From: Candidatus Hydrogenedentota bacterium
GTDB lineage: Bacteria > Hydrogenedentota > Hydrogenedentia > Hydrogenedentales > SLHB01
Reading direction: 5' to 3'
Assembly: GCA_963668025.2 (NCBI GenBank)
Contig: CAXXTH010000023.1
Span: 160,001-224,000, forward strand
Length of the DNA: 64,000 nt
The notes under the pieces are model-generated. The model was not told where the DNA came from. It ran no database searches and saw only the letters and a list, made by a program, of their open reading frames with translations. This document shows positions 9,205 through 19,408 of the stretch, piece after piece. Made by a program: the position numbers and the translations under genes. Numbering within the stretch: position 1 is the first letter of the stretch; every line of letters starts with the position of its first letter.

Positions 9205-12200
9205 ATGAAGCGCTTCCTTTGCTTGCTCGTTTTGGGGCCAGTGGGCCTTTGTGCTTGGGCGCAAACGATAAACGTCGTGCCTCAGTCTTCCTACTGGGCA
9301 CCGCCGGTAGCCTGGGGCGTTCCCCTCGAAGGCGGGCCGCTCCGCGCTATTATCGCCGCGCCGGAACGGGGCATGCGTGATGTGGATGAATTGGCCCAAC
9401 GTATCGAACTAGCCCCGCAGGCCGTTGCGCTAGACGCCATGGGAGCCGAAGACGCAGGCGCATGGCTCCGTGAACGTGTGGCGGAGGGCCTTACTAAATC
9501 GGGCGGCATGTTCTCGGACACGGCCGGGCACGACCTCATCCTGCTTGGGGGAGTAGGCCTTGCTTCCCTGCCGGAAGACTCGATTGACGCCCTGCTCGAC
9601 GCAGTGAACAAAGGTATGGGCCTCGTGTATGTCATCTACGACACGCCTCCGCCGCCCAAGCTGCAAGAAGCCATTGACCGCATGGCCCCCGTAGATTCGC
9701 TTGAGCCCATCACGCGCGGGCTCGGCGAGTCGATGACCCCCGAATGGCGGGAGGGCATCCTGTTCTTGTCGGCGGGAACGATTGGGGAAGGCCGTGTGGC
9801 GGTGTTTGATTTCGGCGGCCCGGCCCCCATCAGCCATTTCTTGACGCCGCCCCTCGCGAATCCCTTGCTGGCGGAAGAAGAGCATTTCGATGTGTATTAC
9901 AGCATAATGGCGCGGGCGGTGCGATGGGTGGCCAAGCATGAGCCTAAGGTTTGGATCGCCGCGCTTGAAACGGTCCTGGTGGAACCCGACAAAACCCAAA
10001 TCCCTCCCGAACTGCCCCAGGCGTATGTGGATAATATGCAAAACTCCGTCCTGGGCAGCGGAGCGGCGTCTTATCTCCTCTATCTAAATGTCCCCGCTAC
10101 CGAAAATTACCAAGTGGAAAGCCAGCTCCGCCAGCCGGGGCGCAATTGGCAGCTCAAACGCACGTATACGGACCTGATTCCCAAGGGCGCGGATTCATAT
10201 GCATTAAACCTGCCCACCGGTCCAGGCGACTATTTTTTGGATTTATGGCTTCGCGACGAGAATGGGCGCGTGGTGGATTGGTACACGGAAGGCATCACGG
10301 TGGAAGGCTGGCCCTCGATCAGCGCGGTCCGCCTTTCCCGCGCCAGCGTGTATCCACAAGATAAGGTGGATGTGTCCGTGCAGACCGACGCCCCCCGAGG
10401 CGTGGCATCCGTTGTAGCGGTCCGCGCATCCGATATGTTCGGGCGGCTCGTGGCGCAAGGTGAAGCGCCCGCTCCCGAAGGCGGCGGCTCCACCACCATC
10501 CATTTGGAACTATCCGACCTTGTCGCGCGCATGCTCAAGATCGAGGCGTACGCCTTCCCCGCCACGAATCTGCCTACGCCAAAAGTAATCGAATTGAACC
10601 AGGCCGCTTATGCGTATGCGTATTTGCCCGTTATCCAGCCCAGCACCGACCTTTCTTTCAGCTTGGTTGTGCGCGCCGACGGCTCCGCTGAACATAACCA
10701 GCGCGCCTTTTTACGCACGTTAGCCAGTTTAGGCGCTGTCTCGGCGTATGCCCATGGAACAGAAGAATCGGGCTATTACCTCGCCCAAGCAGGATTGCGC
10801 CCCTTGTATGAAATCGCGCACTGGACGCCGGAAACCATCGTGGACGGCGTGGTGCGCGTACCCAGTTTCGCCGATGGAGAATATCAATACAAAGAAACCG
10901 AGCGCATCCGCAATCAATGCAGCGCCATCTGGGGCGGTGAATCGGCATTGTATTCGCTGGGTGATGGGAATTGCCTCGCCGCCGGGCGCGAAAACGCCTG
11001 CCAGTCCGCTGACTCGCTCGCGGGCTTCCGCAAGTCGCTCCAGCAAATGTATGGCGGCCTCGACCGCCTCAACGCCTCCTGGCGCACCCAATTCGAGCGC
11101 TGGGAAGATGTCACCCCTGCGCCCGAAGAAGCGGCTTCGGTGCTGGGGGCCTACGCGCCATGGCTCGACTTCAGGCTCTTTATGGATCGCCAGTTTACGG
11201 AGATGCTTGCCCTCGGGCGCGACGCCGTGCGCGGCGCGCGCCCTGATGCGCGTGCAGGATTTATCGCCCGCCCTGGCGAGCTTCCTTATTTGGGCTACGA
11301 CTGGCGCGCGCTGGCCGATGGCTTGTCCGTGCTGGGCGTTCCACCAGAACGCGGCGCGATAGGCCGCATCGGTTCGTATGCCGCACCCAGCGCCTTCACG
11401 CCGCTATGCCTATGGCAAGCCACCGACAGTTCCAAGCCAGAGGAAGACGCAGCCAAGCCATCTGATGAGGGCAAATCCACCGGCCCATTTTCCCGTTTAA
11501 AAACGGCCTTTCGCGCCAAACAGCCAGAAGGCGCGGCCCCCTCATTCGCCTGGTATCCATGGGTTGCGGTGATGCATGGCTTAAACGCTGTGGGATGGGA
11601 CGCTTCACAATGGAACTGCGCTCTTGATGCAAAAGGGGAACCCACGCCGGAATTTCGTTCCCTTCTGGATGGCTTGGCCCCGCTTCAACACGGCATGGGC
11701 GCATTGCTGCGGGACGCCAAGCGGACGCCTTCTGATATCGCCATCTATGACAGCCAGGCAAGCCGGTATCTCGCGGATATCCTCCCCAAAGACGCCCCGG
11801 AGCTTGCGCGCCAGGAAGGCCTGGAAACATGCCTGGCTTCCCTTGGATACCCCAGCGCATACATTGCCCCGGCCGATTTGGCCACCGGCAAGCTATCCCA
11901 GTATAAAGTGTTGGCGCTGCCTTGCTGTATTGCCTTGAGCGACACGGAGACCGTGGCCATCCGGACGTTCCAAGCCGCTGGCGGTATTTTACTGGCTGAT
12001 GTCGAGCCCGGCGTCTTTGACGCCCACGGATTCCGCCGCGCCCAGCCCGCCCTCGCTGATCTGTTCGCCGCGCCCGCCGGCGCAAAAACCACGGCAATAG
12101 CGCTGTGGAACCGCCCTGAAAATGAAGACCCCACGAACACTATCCGCAATGCCTTCACGGCGGCGGGCCTGAATCCCCCCGCAGAAATCAGCCTGAGCGG

Positions 12201-12768
12201 AACAGACCGCTTCCCCGGGTGTTGTACGGTGTGGGAGTATGGCGAGGCGAAGCTCTACGCTTTCTTGCGGGAACCGGATTCATCCGGCTCTGATTCCGCC
12301 ACGGTCAAACTCAAAGATCCCCGCGTGTTGTACAATCCCCTGCTGGGAGTAAAAGAGCTGCGTCCAAAAAAAGTACACTTGGCTCTTCCGGCAGGCCAGG
12401 CAGCCGTACTCACCTCGCTCCCATATGAAGTGTCGGATATTGTGCTCGAAACTCCAGATAAAACACTCACGGGCCGCCGCTTGCCGGTGCGCATCTCGTT
12501 CAAAACCTCGGGAGGGCTGCCCGGCAGCCATCTTTGCTACGTGACGCTGGAATACCTCCCCATGCTGGGCGGCAACATAAACTCCCAGGTAGGCAGCGCA
12601 TTGCCTCGATACAGCCGTACGGCGGCTTGCCCGCAAGGAAAAGGAGAAACCTATTTCCCATTGGCCATCAACGAATGGCCCGGGAAATACCTCCTTCGTG
12701 TGCGGGATGTCCTCACCGGCATCTCACGGGAAACCACGCTAACCGTTGAAACGCGGGGGGATTCATGA
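9205..12768 (+). CDS. Large secreted GH42/beta-galactosidase-like protein with trimerization-like domain
   Basis: Signal peptide; FRKSLQQMYGGLDRLNASWRTQFERWEDV and WLDFRLF GH42-type segments; YKVLALP..ALSD..GGILLAD trimerization-like segment. Confidence 0.65.
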   Translation: MKRFLCLLVLGPVGLCAWAQTINVVPQSSYWAPPVAWGVPLEGGPLRAIIAAPERGMRDVDELAQRIELAPQAVALDAMGAEDAGAWLRERVAEGLTKSGGMFSDTAGHDLILLGGVGLASLPEDSIDALLDAVNKGMGLVYVIYDTPPPPKLQEAIDRMAPVDSLEPITRGLGESMTPEWREGILFLSAGTIGEGRVAVFDFGGPAPISHFLTPPLANPLLAEEEHFDVYYSIMARAVRWVAKHEPKVWIAALETVLVEPDKTQIPPELPQAYVDNMQNSVLGSGAASYLLYLNVPATENYQVESQLRQPGRNWQLKRTYTDLIPKGADSYALNLPTGPGDYFLDLWLRDENGRVVDWYTEGITVEGWPSISAVRLSRASVYPQDKVDVSVQTDAPRGVASVVAVRASDMFGRLVAQGEAPAPEGGGSTTIHLELSDLVARMLKIEAYAFPATNLPTPKVIELNQAAYAYAYLPVIQPSTDLSFSLVVRADGSAEHNQRAFLRTLASLGAVSAYAHGTEESGYYLAQAGLRPLYEIAHWTPETIVDGVVRVPSFADGEYQYKETERIRNQCSAIWGGESALYSLGDGNCLAAGRENACQSADSLAGFRKSLQQMYGGLDRLNASWRTQFERWEDVTPAPEEAASVLGAYAPWLDFRLFMDRQFTEMLALGRDAVRGARPDARAGFIARPGELPYLGYDWRALADGLSVLGVPPERGAIGRIGSYAAPSAFTPLCLWQATDSSKPEEDAAKPSDEGKSTGPFSRLKTAFRAKQPEGAAPSFAWYPWVAVMHGLNAVGWDASQWNCALDAKGEPTPEFRSLLDGLAPLQHGMGALLRDAKRTPSDIAIYDSQASRYLADILPKDAPELARQEGLETCLASLGYPSAYIAPADLATGKLSQYKVLALPCCIALSDTETVAIRTFQAAGGILLADVEPGVFDAHGFRRAQPALADLFAAPAGAKTTAIALWNRPENEDPTNTIRNAFTAAGLNPPAEISLSGTDRFPGCCTVWEYGEAKLYAFLREPDSSGSDSATVKLKDPRVLYNPLLGVKELRPKKVHLALPAGQAAVLTSLPYEVSDIVLETPDKTLTGRRLPVRISFKTSGGLPGSHLCYVTLEYLPMLGGNINSQVGSALPRYSRTAACPQGKGETYFPLAINEWPGKYLLRVRDVLTGISRETTLTVETRGDS

Positions 12769-12896
12769 GTTTGGCAAGCGGCCAAAAAACAACGCGTATG
12801 CGGGCAAAAAACACGGGCTTTCTCTTGAAAACATTCCGATACCATTCTAGAATCCCTATTTAGAACACTACAAAACATGAGGAGGGGGAGGCCATT

Positions 12897-15806
12897 ATGC
12901 CAACAACGCCACGCCATCGCATCTTTGGTGGAATTTTGATTCCAAACGCCACGGTATTCACTTCGAGTTTATGCGTTCTAGTGGTGGAACTGGTGGCGGG
13001 GCGCTTGATCTCACGTTACCTCGGCCAGTCTCTATATACATGGACGACCATCATCGGCGTTATTCTGGGCGGCATCACCATCGGCAATTATCTCGGCGGG
13101 CGGTTAGCGGACCGCAGTTATTCCCGCCGGACCATTGGGAGTATTTTCTTTTTATCTGCCCTTAGCTGCCTGCTCGTGCTCGGGCTGAATGCGTTAGTAG
13201 GACGCTGGACATTTTTATGGGGCCTTCCTTGGCCTGCGCGCATCATATGCCATATTTCCTTGGTATTCCTGCTGCCTTCAGCCGTACTCGGCATGGTAAG
13301 CCCCGTCGTCACGCGGCGCGCTTTAGCTTTAGGCCTTGCCACGGGCCGCACGATGGGCAACATCTACGCCTGCGGCGCGGCGGGCGCTATTGTGGGCTCT
13401 TTCCTCACGGGGCTTTACCTGCAAACCGTACTAGGCGCTCAGGCTATTGTGGGGCTTTCCGCTGCGGGCCTCGCTATCACCGGAGCCTTATACATGGCAG
13501 GCTCATTCCTCGAAGAACGCCGCACAGCGGAACAACATGCGGAGAAAGCGGATTCACGGCCCTGGAGTTTTCGCGAGGCGTTATTCCCCGCGAGCACCGT
13601 TTTCCTCGTGAATGTGGGCATCATGGCGATCCAGCTTGCCGCTGGGCGCATCATGTCGCTCAGCTATGGCCAATCGCTCTACACCTGGACCTCGGTCATC
13701 GGCATTATCATCGCAGGCATTTCGCTGGGCAATTACATCGGCGGCATTCTTGCAGATCGCTACCGGGCGCGCCCGGCCATCGCCCTTCTATTGGTGCTTT
13801 CCTCTCTTTGCTGCGTATACATGCCCTGGCTGAATAATTGGATGAAAGACTGGATACCCTTGCTCTTCATCCCATACGCCGCCCAAGTGGCGATTCACGT
13901 AGGCATTATCTTCCTTCTCCCTTCCACTTTGCTGGGCGCGGTGAATCCGCTTGCGGCCAAGATGGCCCTTGAACAAGGCCATGCCGCCGGCCGGACGGTT
14001 GGAACCGTATATGCCTCCGGTTCGCTGGGAAGCATCGTAGGCACTTTCCTCACGGGCTTTTATCTCATCGCCGCCTGGGGCCGTATCGGCGTCATCGTAG
14101 GCGCTGCGGCGCTCCTGGCCGCCATGGCGCTGCTATATGCGCCCAAGCGCAGCTATGTCTATATTTGGGCTGCTGTATGCGGCATAATTGTTTTTCTCGC
14201 GATAGCGCCTTGGCCAGCGGCAGCCAAAGCAGGCGCTGCACTCGCCCTGCGCGAGCCTCAAACTCCAGGCGTTTTATTAAACCTCGAAAGCCAATACTCC
14301 TATATCCGTGTCAGCGCTGACCCAAAAAATCCGGACAAACGGGAAATGGTCCTGGATAAGCTTGTTCATAGCCAAGTCAATATCAAAACCCCTCAAGTTC
14401 TTGGCTATGAATATGAGTGGGTTTATGCGCAAATAATCAACCAATACCATAAACCGATAGATTCGCCCATTAACGCCCTGATTGTCGGCGGCGGCGGATA
14501 CACTTTTCCACATTACTTAGAAATAATGCGGCCAGGCAGCAAGGTGGTGGTAGCCGAGATCGATCCGGAAGTGACCGAAGCGGCTTTCAAGGCATTTGGC
14601 CTCCCGCGAGATACATCCATTGATATTTATAACATGGATGCCCGGAATTTGGTGGATGATTTCCTGCGAAAAAAAGAAGCTGGGGAAGACGTGCCGCAGT
14701 TCGATTTTATTTTGGGCGATGCGGTGAATGACTATAGCGTCCCATACCACATCACCACGCGCGAATATTTACAATCCATCGATAAACTGCTTGCGCCTGA
14801 TGGCATCTACATGCTTAATATGATCGACTCCCCCTTGTTCGCGCGTTTTCTTGGGGCGGCAATCAATACCTGCCGTAGCGTGTTTCCAAATGTATATGTA
14901 TTCAATACATTCCCAGACAGAGTGCGTGATACATTCATCCTCGTATGTGCTAAAAGGCCTTTAGATCTGGAGCAAATTCCCAATAATATTTCGATGCATC
15001 ATAAGTATAATGGCGGCAAGCTAAGCGCATCAAAGGTTGATATGCTCGCACGCAAAGCAGGCGGAGTTATTCTCACCGATGATTTCGCCCCCGTGGACAA
15101 TATGTTAGCTGATGTTGTTTCCACCTCGGCCCGCGTAAACGCGGCTGAAACGCAAGTGCGCCGCATTGAATCCTTATTGGCCCAGAAGCAATATGACACC
15201 GCCGTGTCGAAAGCGCGGGATTTGGCGAAACGCTTCCCCAACTGGCCGCTCGTACAAGCAGCGTTTGGCAGCGCATTACTCGAATCCGGCGCGTATGAAG
15301 AAGCCATTGGCGCATTTAAAATGGCCATTCAGGCGGACCCTGCCTCCTTCGTATCTTATGAAGCCCTTGGCAACACCTATAAACAACTCGGCCGCTTCAA
15401 CGAAGCAATGGAAGCTTGGAACAAGGCTATCCAGCTCGCGCCTAAATATCCAAATTCCTACGTGAATTTGGCTGCATGCCAGGCGGAAATGGGTGAATTG
15501 GACGCCGCCATCCAAACGCTCAACACCTGCGTGGCCATGGCGCCGAACACGGCAAATGCGCATAACAACCTTGGGGCTTACCTCTTTGAAAAGAGCGACT
15601 TCGACGGCGCGCGGGCACACTTGGAGCATGCAGCCGCCCTCGCGCCCGCCGATGGGGAAATCGCGGGCCACTTAGCTCCTGTTTACTGGAAATTAAAAGA
15701 CTTTGAGCGTGCATGGCAGCAGGTAAAGAAAGCCCGCTCCTTGGGATTCGAACCTAGCCCAGAGTTCATCAAAGAACTTCAACGAGATTCCGGACGAAAC
15801 GAGTGA
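12897..15806 (+). CDS. Fused MFS-like/spermidine-synthase-like protein with C-terminal TPRs
   Basis: Duplicated membrane module (GQSLYTWT..IG..G.+.GNY+GG twice); SAM-binding IVGGGGY, EIDPEV, DAR and ILTDDFAPVD; TPR tail. Confidence 0.85.
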   Translation: MPTTPRHRIFGGILIPNATVFTSSLCVLVVELVAGRLISRYLGQSLYTWTTIIGVILGGITIGNYLGGRLADRSYSRRTIGSIFFLSALSCLLVLGLNALVGRWTFLWGLPWPARIICHISLVFLLPSAVLGMVSPVVTRRALALGLATGRTMGNIYACGAAGAIVGSFLTGLYLQTVLGAQAIVGLSAAGLAITGALYMAGSFLEERRTAEQHAEKADSRPWSFREALFPASTVFLVNVGIMAIQLAAGRIMSLSYGQSLYTWTSVIGIIIAGISLGNYIGGILADRYRARPAIALLLVLSSLCCVYMPWLNNWMKDWIPLLFIPYAAQVAIHVGIIFLLPSTLLGAVNPLAAKMALEQGHAAGRTVGTVYASGSLGSIVGTFLTGFYLIAAWGRIGVIVGAAALLAAMALLYAPKRSYVYIWAAVCGIIVFLAIAPWPAAAKAGAALALREPQTPGVLLNLESQYSYIRVSADPKNPDKREMVLDKLVHSQVNIKTPQVLGYEYEWVYAQIINQYHKPIDSPINALIVGGGGYTFPHYLEIMRPGSKVVVAEIDPEVTEAAFKAFGLPRDTSIDIYNMDARNLVDDFLRKKEAGEDVPQFDFILGDAVNDYSVPYHITTREYLQSIDKLLAPDGIYMLNMIDSPLFARFLGAAINTCRSVFPNVYVFNTFPDRVRDTFILVCAKRPLDLEQIPNNISMHHKYNGGKLSASKVDMLARKAGGVILTDDFAPVDNMLADVVSTSARVNAAETQVRRIESLLAQKQYDTAVSKARDLAKRFPNWPLVQAAFGSALLESGAYEEAIGAFKMAIQADPASFVSYEALGNTYKQLGRFNEAMEAWNKAIQLAPKYPNSYVNLAACQAEMGELDAAIQTLNTCVAMAPNTANAHNNLGAYLFEKSDFDGARAHLEHAAALAPADGEIAGHLAPVYWKLKDFERAWQQVKKARSLGFEPSPEFIKELQRDSGRNE

Positions 15807-15832
15807 TCGCTGCGAATGCGCAGGTAATCTAG

Positions 15833-15867
15833 CGTGGCATGGGCGTAACACCCATGCCACGTTTTTT
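15833..15867 (+). terminator. GTGGCATGG-family hairpin plus U-tract; insertion target of the group IIC intron
   Basis: CGTGGCATGGG-cgtaaca-CCCATGCCACG-TTTTTT immediately 5' of the intron. Confidence 0.8.
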
Positions 15868-17761
15868 GTGTGCCAAGCATGGCGCGGATCTAAGGGGTGT
15901 AAGTCCCCTGCAAGCCCTGATGGTGGGAATTGCTAGCCAAGAGCAAGGGCGTCGCCGCGAGGCGGGGTCTGGAGGAAGCAGGAGGCAAAAGTCGGACTCG
16001 ACGCACAGAAACCGGATAGAAGGCCGGGGTGGCGGGGCAAGCCAGCAATGGATGGCGACGCCCAATAACCATTCGGACACACACCTTGGTAAATCCGGCG
16101 AGGCCCGGCGGAAAGAGGCGCGTCTTACCTTGGGAGACCTGTTCATCTGTCTGGAAGAGCCAGACTAGCGGGATGGCAACATGTCGCGAGGGGTGGGCAG
16201 GAGTCAGCCGAGGCCATAATACCCGCAAGGGGAAGGGCCGAATCGATCATTCAAGGAGCAGCATTGAACGTCTCGTGGGATAGGGAGCGGCAGGAAGTAG
16301 CAGGTTGCCAGATGGAGTTCCCACTGGAGTCGGCTTGCCACGGCGCAATCGGAGAAGGCGGAACCGAATCGGATGCGTTCGAGGCGCGGCAACTATCCCC
16401 GGCGGCGAACAAGAGGCGAGCCTTGACGCAAGACTTGATGGAACGGGTCGCGAGTCTTGCGAACCTGACGGAAGCGGTACGCCGGGTGCAACGGAACAAA
16501 GGCGCGGCGGGTGCGGACGTCATGAGCGTACGCGACCTGAAGCGTTGGTTTCCGGAACACTGGCGGGGACTGCAAGAGGAACTGACGGCAGGGCGCTACC
16601 GTCCCCAACCGGTGTTGGGAGTGCAAATCCCCAAGCCGGGCGGGGGGATGCGGCAACTGGGCATTCCGACGGTGGTGGACCGAGTCGTGCAACAAGCGCT
16701 CTTGCAGGCTCTCGAACCGCTTCTAGACCCGGCCTTCTCGGAAAGCAGTTATGGATTTCGTCCAAGGCACAATGCACATCAGGCGCTGCGGCAAGCCAGC
16801 ACGTACGTAAGCGAAGGCCGCTGCATTGTTGTGGACATGGACCTGGAAAAATTCTTCGACCGGGTCAACCACGACATCCTGATGGCGCGCGTGGCGCGGC
16901 ACGTGTCAGACAAACGCGTACTCCGACTCATCCGCTGGTTTCTTGAAGTCGGCATGATGCAGAACGGCGTATGCATCGAACGATACGAAGGGACCCCGCA
17001 AGGCGGTCCTCTATCGCCGCTGCTGGCCAACCTGCTCTTGGACGACCTGGACAAGGAGTTGGAGAAACGAGGGCATCGTTTTTGCCGCTATGCGGACGAC
17101 TGCAACATTTACGTGCAGACGATACGCGCGGGAGAACGTGTCCTGACATCGGTCACGCAGTTCCTTGAGGGGAAACTGAAACTACGGGTGAACCGCGAGA
17201 AGAGCGCGGTGGCGTTCGTGGGAGAGCGGAAATTTTTGGGTTATCGCTTGCTGGGTGGGGGGCGATTGGGCATCGCGCCCAAGAGCCTCGACCGGGCGAA
17301 AGACCGCATCCGCGACATCACGCGACGCAACCGCGGCGACGCCAAAGTGCGCCAGATGATTGAGGAGCTCAACAGCTTCCTGAGCGGCTGGATAACCTAC
17401 TATCGGTTTGCCGAAGCAAAGGGCCATCTGGAACGCCTCGGGGAATGGATGCGGCGCAAACTGCGCTGCGTCATCCTCAAACGCCTCAAGCGCACGAAAA
17501 CCATAGCGGACTTCCTTAGAAAACTAGGCGTGCCGCAATTTCAGGCGTGGATACTCGCAGGGTCCGGGAAGGGCTGGTGGCGCAAAGCGGGGAGTCCTCC
17601 CGCGCAACACGCCATGGACAAACAATGGTTCGCGAAACAAAAACTGATAGACCCGGTTCAACGGTACGAAACGTTCAAAAATGACCGAAACCGCCGTGGT
17701 ACCGAGCAGGTATGCCCGGTGGTGTGAGAGGGGGGGACCGTGAGGAACCCCCCTACTCGAT
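15868..17761 (+). mobile_element. Group II intron, class C (IIC)
   Basis: 5' end GTGTGCCAAGCATGG directly after a stem-loop; short DV with CGC triad (GAAACCGCCGTGGTACC..GGTATGCCCGGTGGT); DVI ending CCCCCTACTCGAT; RT ORF without an endonuclease domain. Confidence 0.92.
16312..17727 (+). CDS. ltrA: Group II intron reverse transcriptase/maturase
   Basis: IPKPGGGMRQLGIPTVVDR, SYGFRP, DLEKFFD, GTPQGGPLSPLL, RYADD and GWITYY (domain X); alternative TTG start at 16264. Confidence 0.95.
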   Translation: MEFPLESACHGAIGEGGTESDAFEARQLSPAANKRRALTQDLMERVASLANLTEAVRRVQRNKGAAGADVMSVRDLKRWFPEHWRGLQEELTAGRYRPQPVLGVQIPKPGGGMRQLGIPTVVDRVVQQALLQALEPLLDPAFSESSYGFRPRHNAHQALRQASTYVSEGRCIVVDMDLEKFFDRVNHDILMARVARHVSDKRVLRLIRWFLEVGMMQNGVCIERYEGTPQGGPLSPLLANLLLDDLDKELEKRGHRFCRYADDCNIYVQTIRAGERVLTSVTQFLEGKLKLRVNREKSAVAFVGERKFLGYRLLGGGRLGIAPKSLDRAKDRIRDITRRNRGDAKVRQMIEELNSFLSGWITYYRFAEAKGHLERLGEWMRRKLRCVILKRLKRTKTIADFLRKLGVPQFQAWILAGSGKGWWRKAGSPPAQHAMDKQWFAKQKLIDPVQRYETFKNDRNRRGTEQVCPVV

Positions 17762-17763
17762 TA

Positions 17764-18804
17764 TCATGTAAAATACTGCCCTATGCTTTGTACATACGGG
17801 GGCCGCAAGATGCCGTTCTCCGTGATAATGCCCGCGATCAGCTCCGCTGGGGTGACATCGAACGCGGGGCTGTACACGGCGACGCCATCCGGCGCTGTTT
17901 GCTTGCCGAAACCGTGGGTGACTTCCTCCGCGCCGCGCAATTCGATGGGAATGCCATCGCCACTGGGCAATTGCGGATCGAACGTCGAGAGCGGCGCGGC
18001 GATATAAAAAGGAATGCCATGGGCCTTGGCGATCACAGCGACATTGTAGGTGCCGATCTTGTTGGCGGTGTCTCCATTGGCGGCAATCCGGTCCGCACCC
18101 GTCACTACAAGTTGGATACGCCCTTCCCGCATGACCTGCGCCGCCGTATTGTCGCAAATCAGCGTCACGTCAATGCCCGCCTGCATTAATTCCCACGCCG
18201 TCAGCCGCGCGCCTTGGAGCAAGGGTCGGGTCTCGTCCGCGAACACCTTAAACTTCGCGCCAAGTTCATGCGCGCGAAACATCACGGCGAGCGCCGTGCC
18301 ATAAGCCGAAGTGGCCAGCGCGCCCGCATTGCAGTGTGTCAATACGCCATATCCATCCTGGATGAGCGCCGCGCCGTGATCGCCGATGGCCTTGCAACGC
18401 CGGGTGTCCTCTTCACATATCTCGATGGCTTCCGCCTCGAGGCGTTTCAGGAGCGCCGCCGTATTTTCGGATTCATTCACCACGCATGCCTGTTTCATAC
18501 GTTCAAGCGCCCAAAACAGATTGACCGCCGTAGGACGCGACGTGGCCAGATAATCCGCCGCTTGGCCCACGGTTTTCACTACTTCTTCCTGGCTTGCATA
18601 TCCAGACTGCTCACGGAGCGCCACCAGCACTCCGAACGCCGCGCATACACCAATAGCAGGAGCGCCGCGCACCTGCAATGTCTTGATGGCATGCCACACA
18701 GCTTCCTTCGTACGCAATGGGATCAAGCGATACTCCGTGGGAAGCAAAGTCTGCTCGATAATCCAAAGCCCATCTTCTTTCCACAACACCGGTTGGACTG
18801 TCAC
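17764..18804 (-). CDS. mtnA: S-methyl-5-thioribose-1-phosphate isomerase
   Basis: VRGAPAIG, RPTAVNL, LTHCNAGALAT, ETRPLLQGARLTAWEL and GDTANKIGTY; GTG start with GGAGG SD. Confidence 0.95.
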   Translation of the reverse strand: MTVQPVLWKEDGLWIIEQTLLPTEYRLIPLRTKEAVWHAIKTLQVRGAPAIGVCAAFGVLVALREQSGYASQEEVVKTVGQAADYLATSRPTAVNLFWALERMKQACVVNESENTAALLKRLEAEAIEICEEDTRRCKAIGDHGAALIQDGYGVLTHCNAGALATSAYGTALAVMFRAHELGAKFKVFADETRPLLQGARLTAWELMQAGIDVTLICDNTAAQVMREGRIQLVVTGADRIAANGDTANKIGTYNVAVIAKAHGIPFYIAAPLSTFDPQLPSGDGIPIELRGAEEVTHGFGKQTAPDGVAVYSPAFDVTPAELIAGIITENGILRPPYVQSIGQYFT

Positions 18805-18893
18805 GTGTATTCCTCCAGGTAAACGCCGCAAAAACACATGCTACCTTTACCAGCGAATAAATGGCAAGAAGTGGGTTGCAGGGCAGTACACTG

Positions 18894-18957
18894 GCCACGA
18901 AAGACACAAGAAACGCAAAAAAGAACTCTTCTTGTGCGTTCTTGAGCCTTTTGTGGC
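18894..18957. repeat. Imperfect intergenic inverted repeat with periodic arms
   Basis: GCCACGAAAGACACAAGAAACGCA...TGCGTTCTTGAGCCTTTTGTGGC. Confidence 0.6.
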
Positions 18958-19066
18958 GCAACTGAATTGTTTTCCTAGCTGGCCCATTGGCGGATTATCG
19001 CGCCGCCATTCCCGTGTTACTCTGAATGAGCTTCCGCTTCTTCACGCGCCAACACGGAGAACAACC

Positions 19067-19405
19067 ATGCAGATCATGCTCAAGCTGCTTGCTGCGGGAT
19101 TAGCCATGGTGATACTGGCGGGCTGCGCTTCCAGCCGCTTGACGCCGCCCCAGGTCTTTTCGGAGCAATGGTCCACGCAAAAACAGCGGGATTCATCCCC
19201 CAAACGCAAACCGGTCGTGCTGGTCGGCGAAGAAAATAACCCGGCGGTCATGGTGTTCGAGGACGAATCAGGGCGTACACGCATGGGGCTCGGCGGCGAG
19301 AAAATCAGCGCGGGCGTAGGCAATAAGCAAGTGGATATTCGCTATCAAATCCCTTTGGGCGAAACTCCCAAGCGATTGCCGGGAGCAGCGCCTACACCCG
19401 AATAA
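19067..19405 (+). CDS. Small predicted lipoprotein
   Basis: MQIMLKLLAAGLAMVILAGC lipobox; GGAGA SD upstream of 19067. Confidence 0.7.
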   Translation: MQIMLKLLAAGLAMVILAGCASSRLTPPQVFSEQWSTQKQRDSSPKRKPVVLVGEENNPAVMVFEDESGRTRMGLGGEKISAGVGNKQVDIRYQIPLGETPKRLPGAAPTPE

Positions 19406-19408
19406 CGC

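Noticed and set aside
16312-17727. RT as part of a DGR, retron or defence RT system
   Set aside because: It has group II intron motifs, domain X and clear IIC RNA boundaries; no TR/VR pair or msr-msd was seen.
17682-17727. RT ORF running through intron domain V
   Set aside because: Overlap of the ORF end with DV occurs in group II introns and does not indicate a new element.
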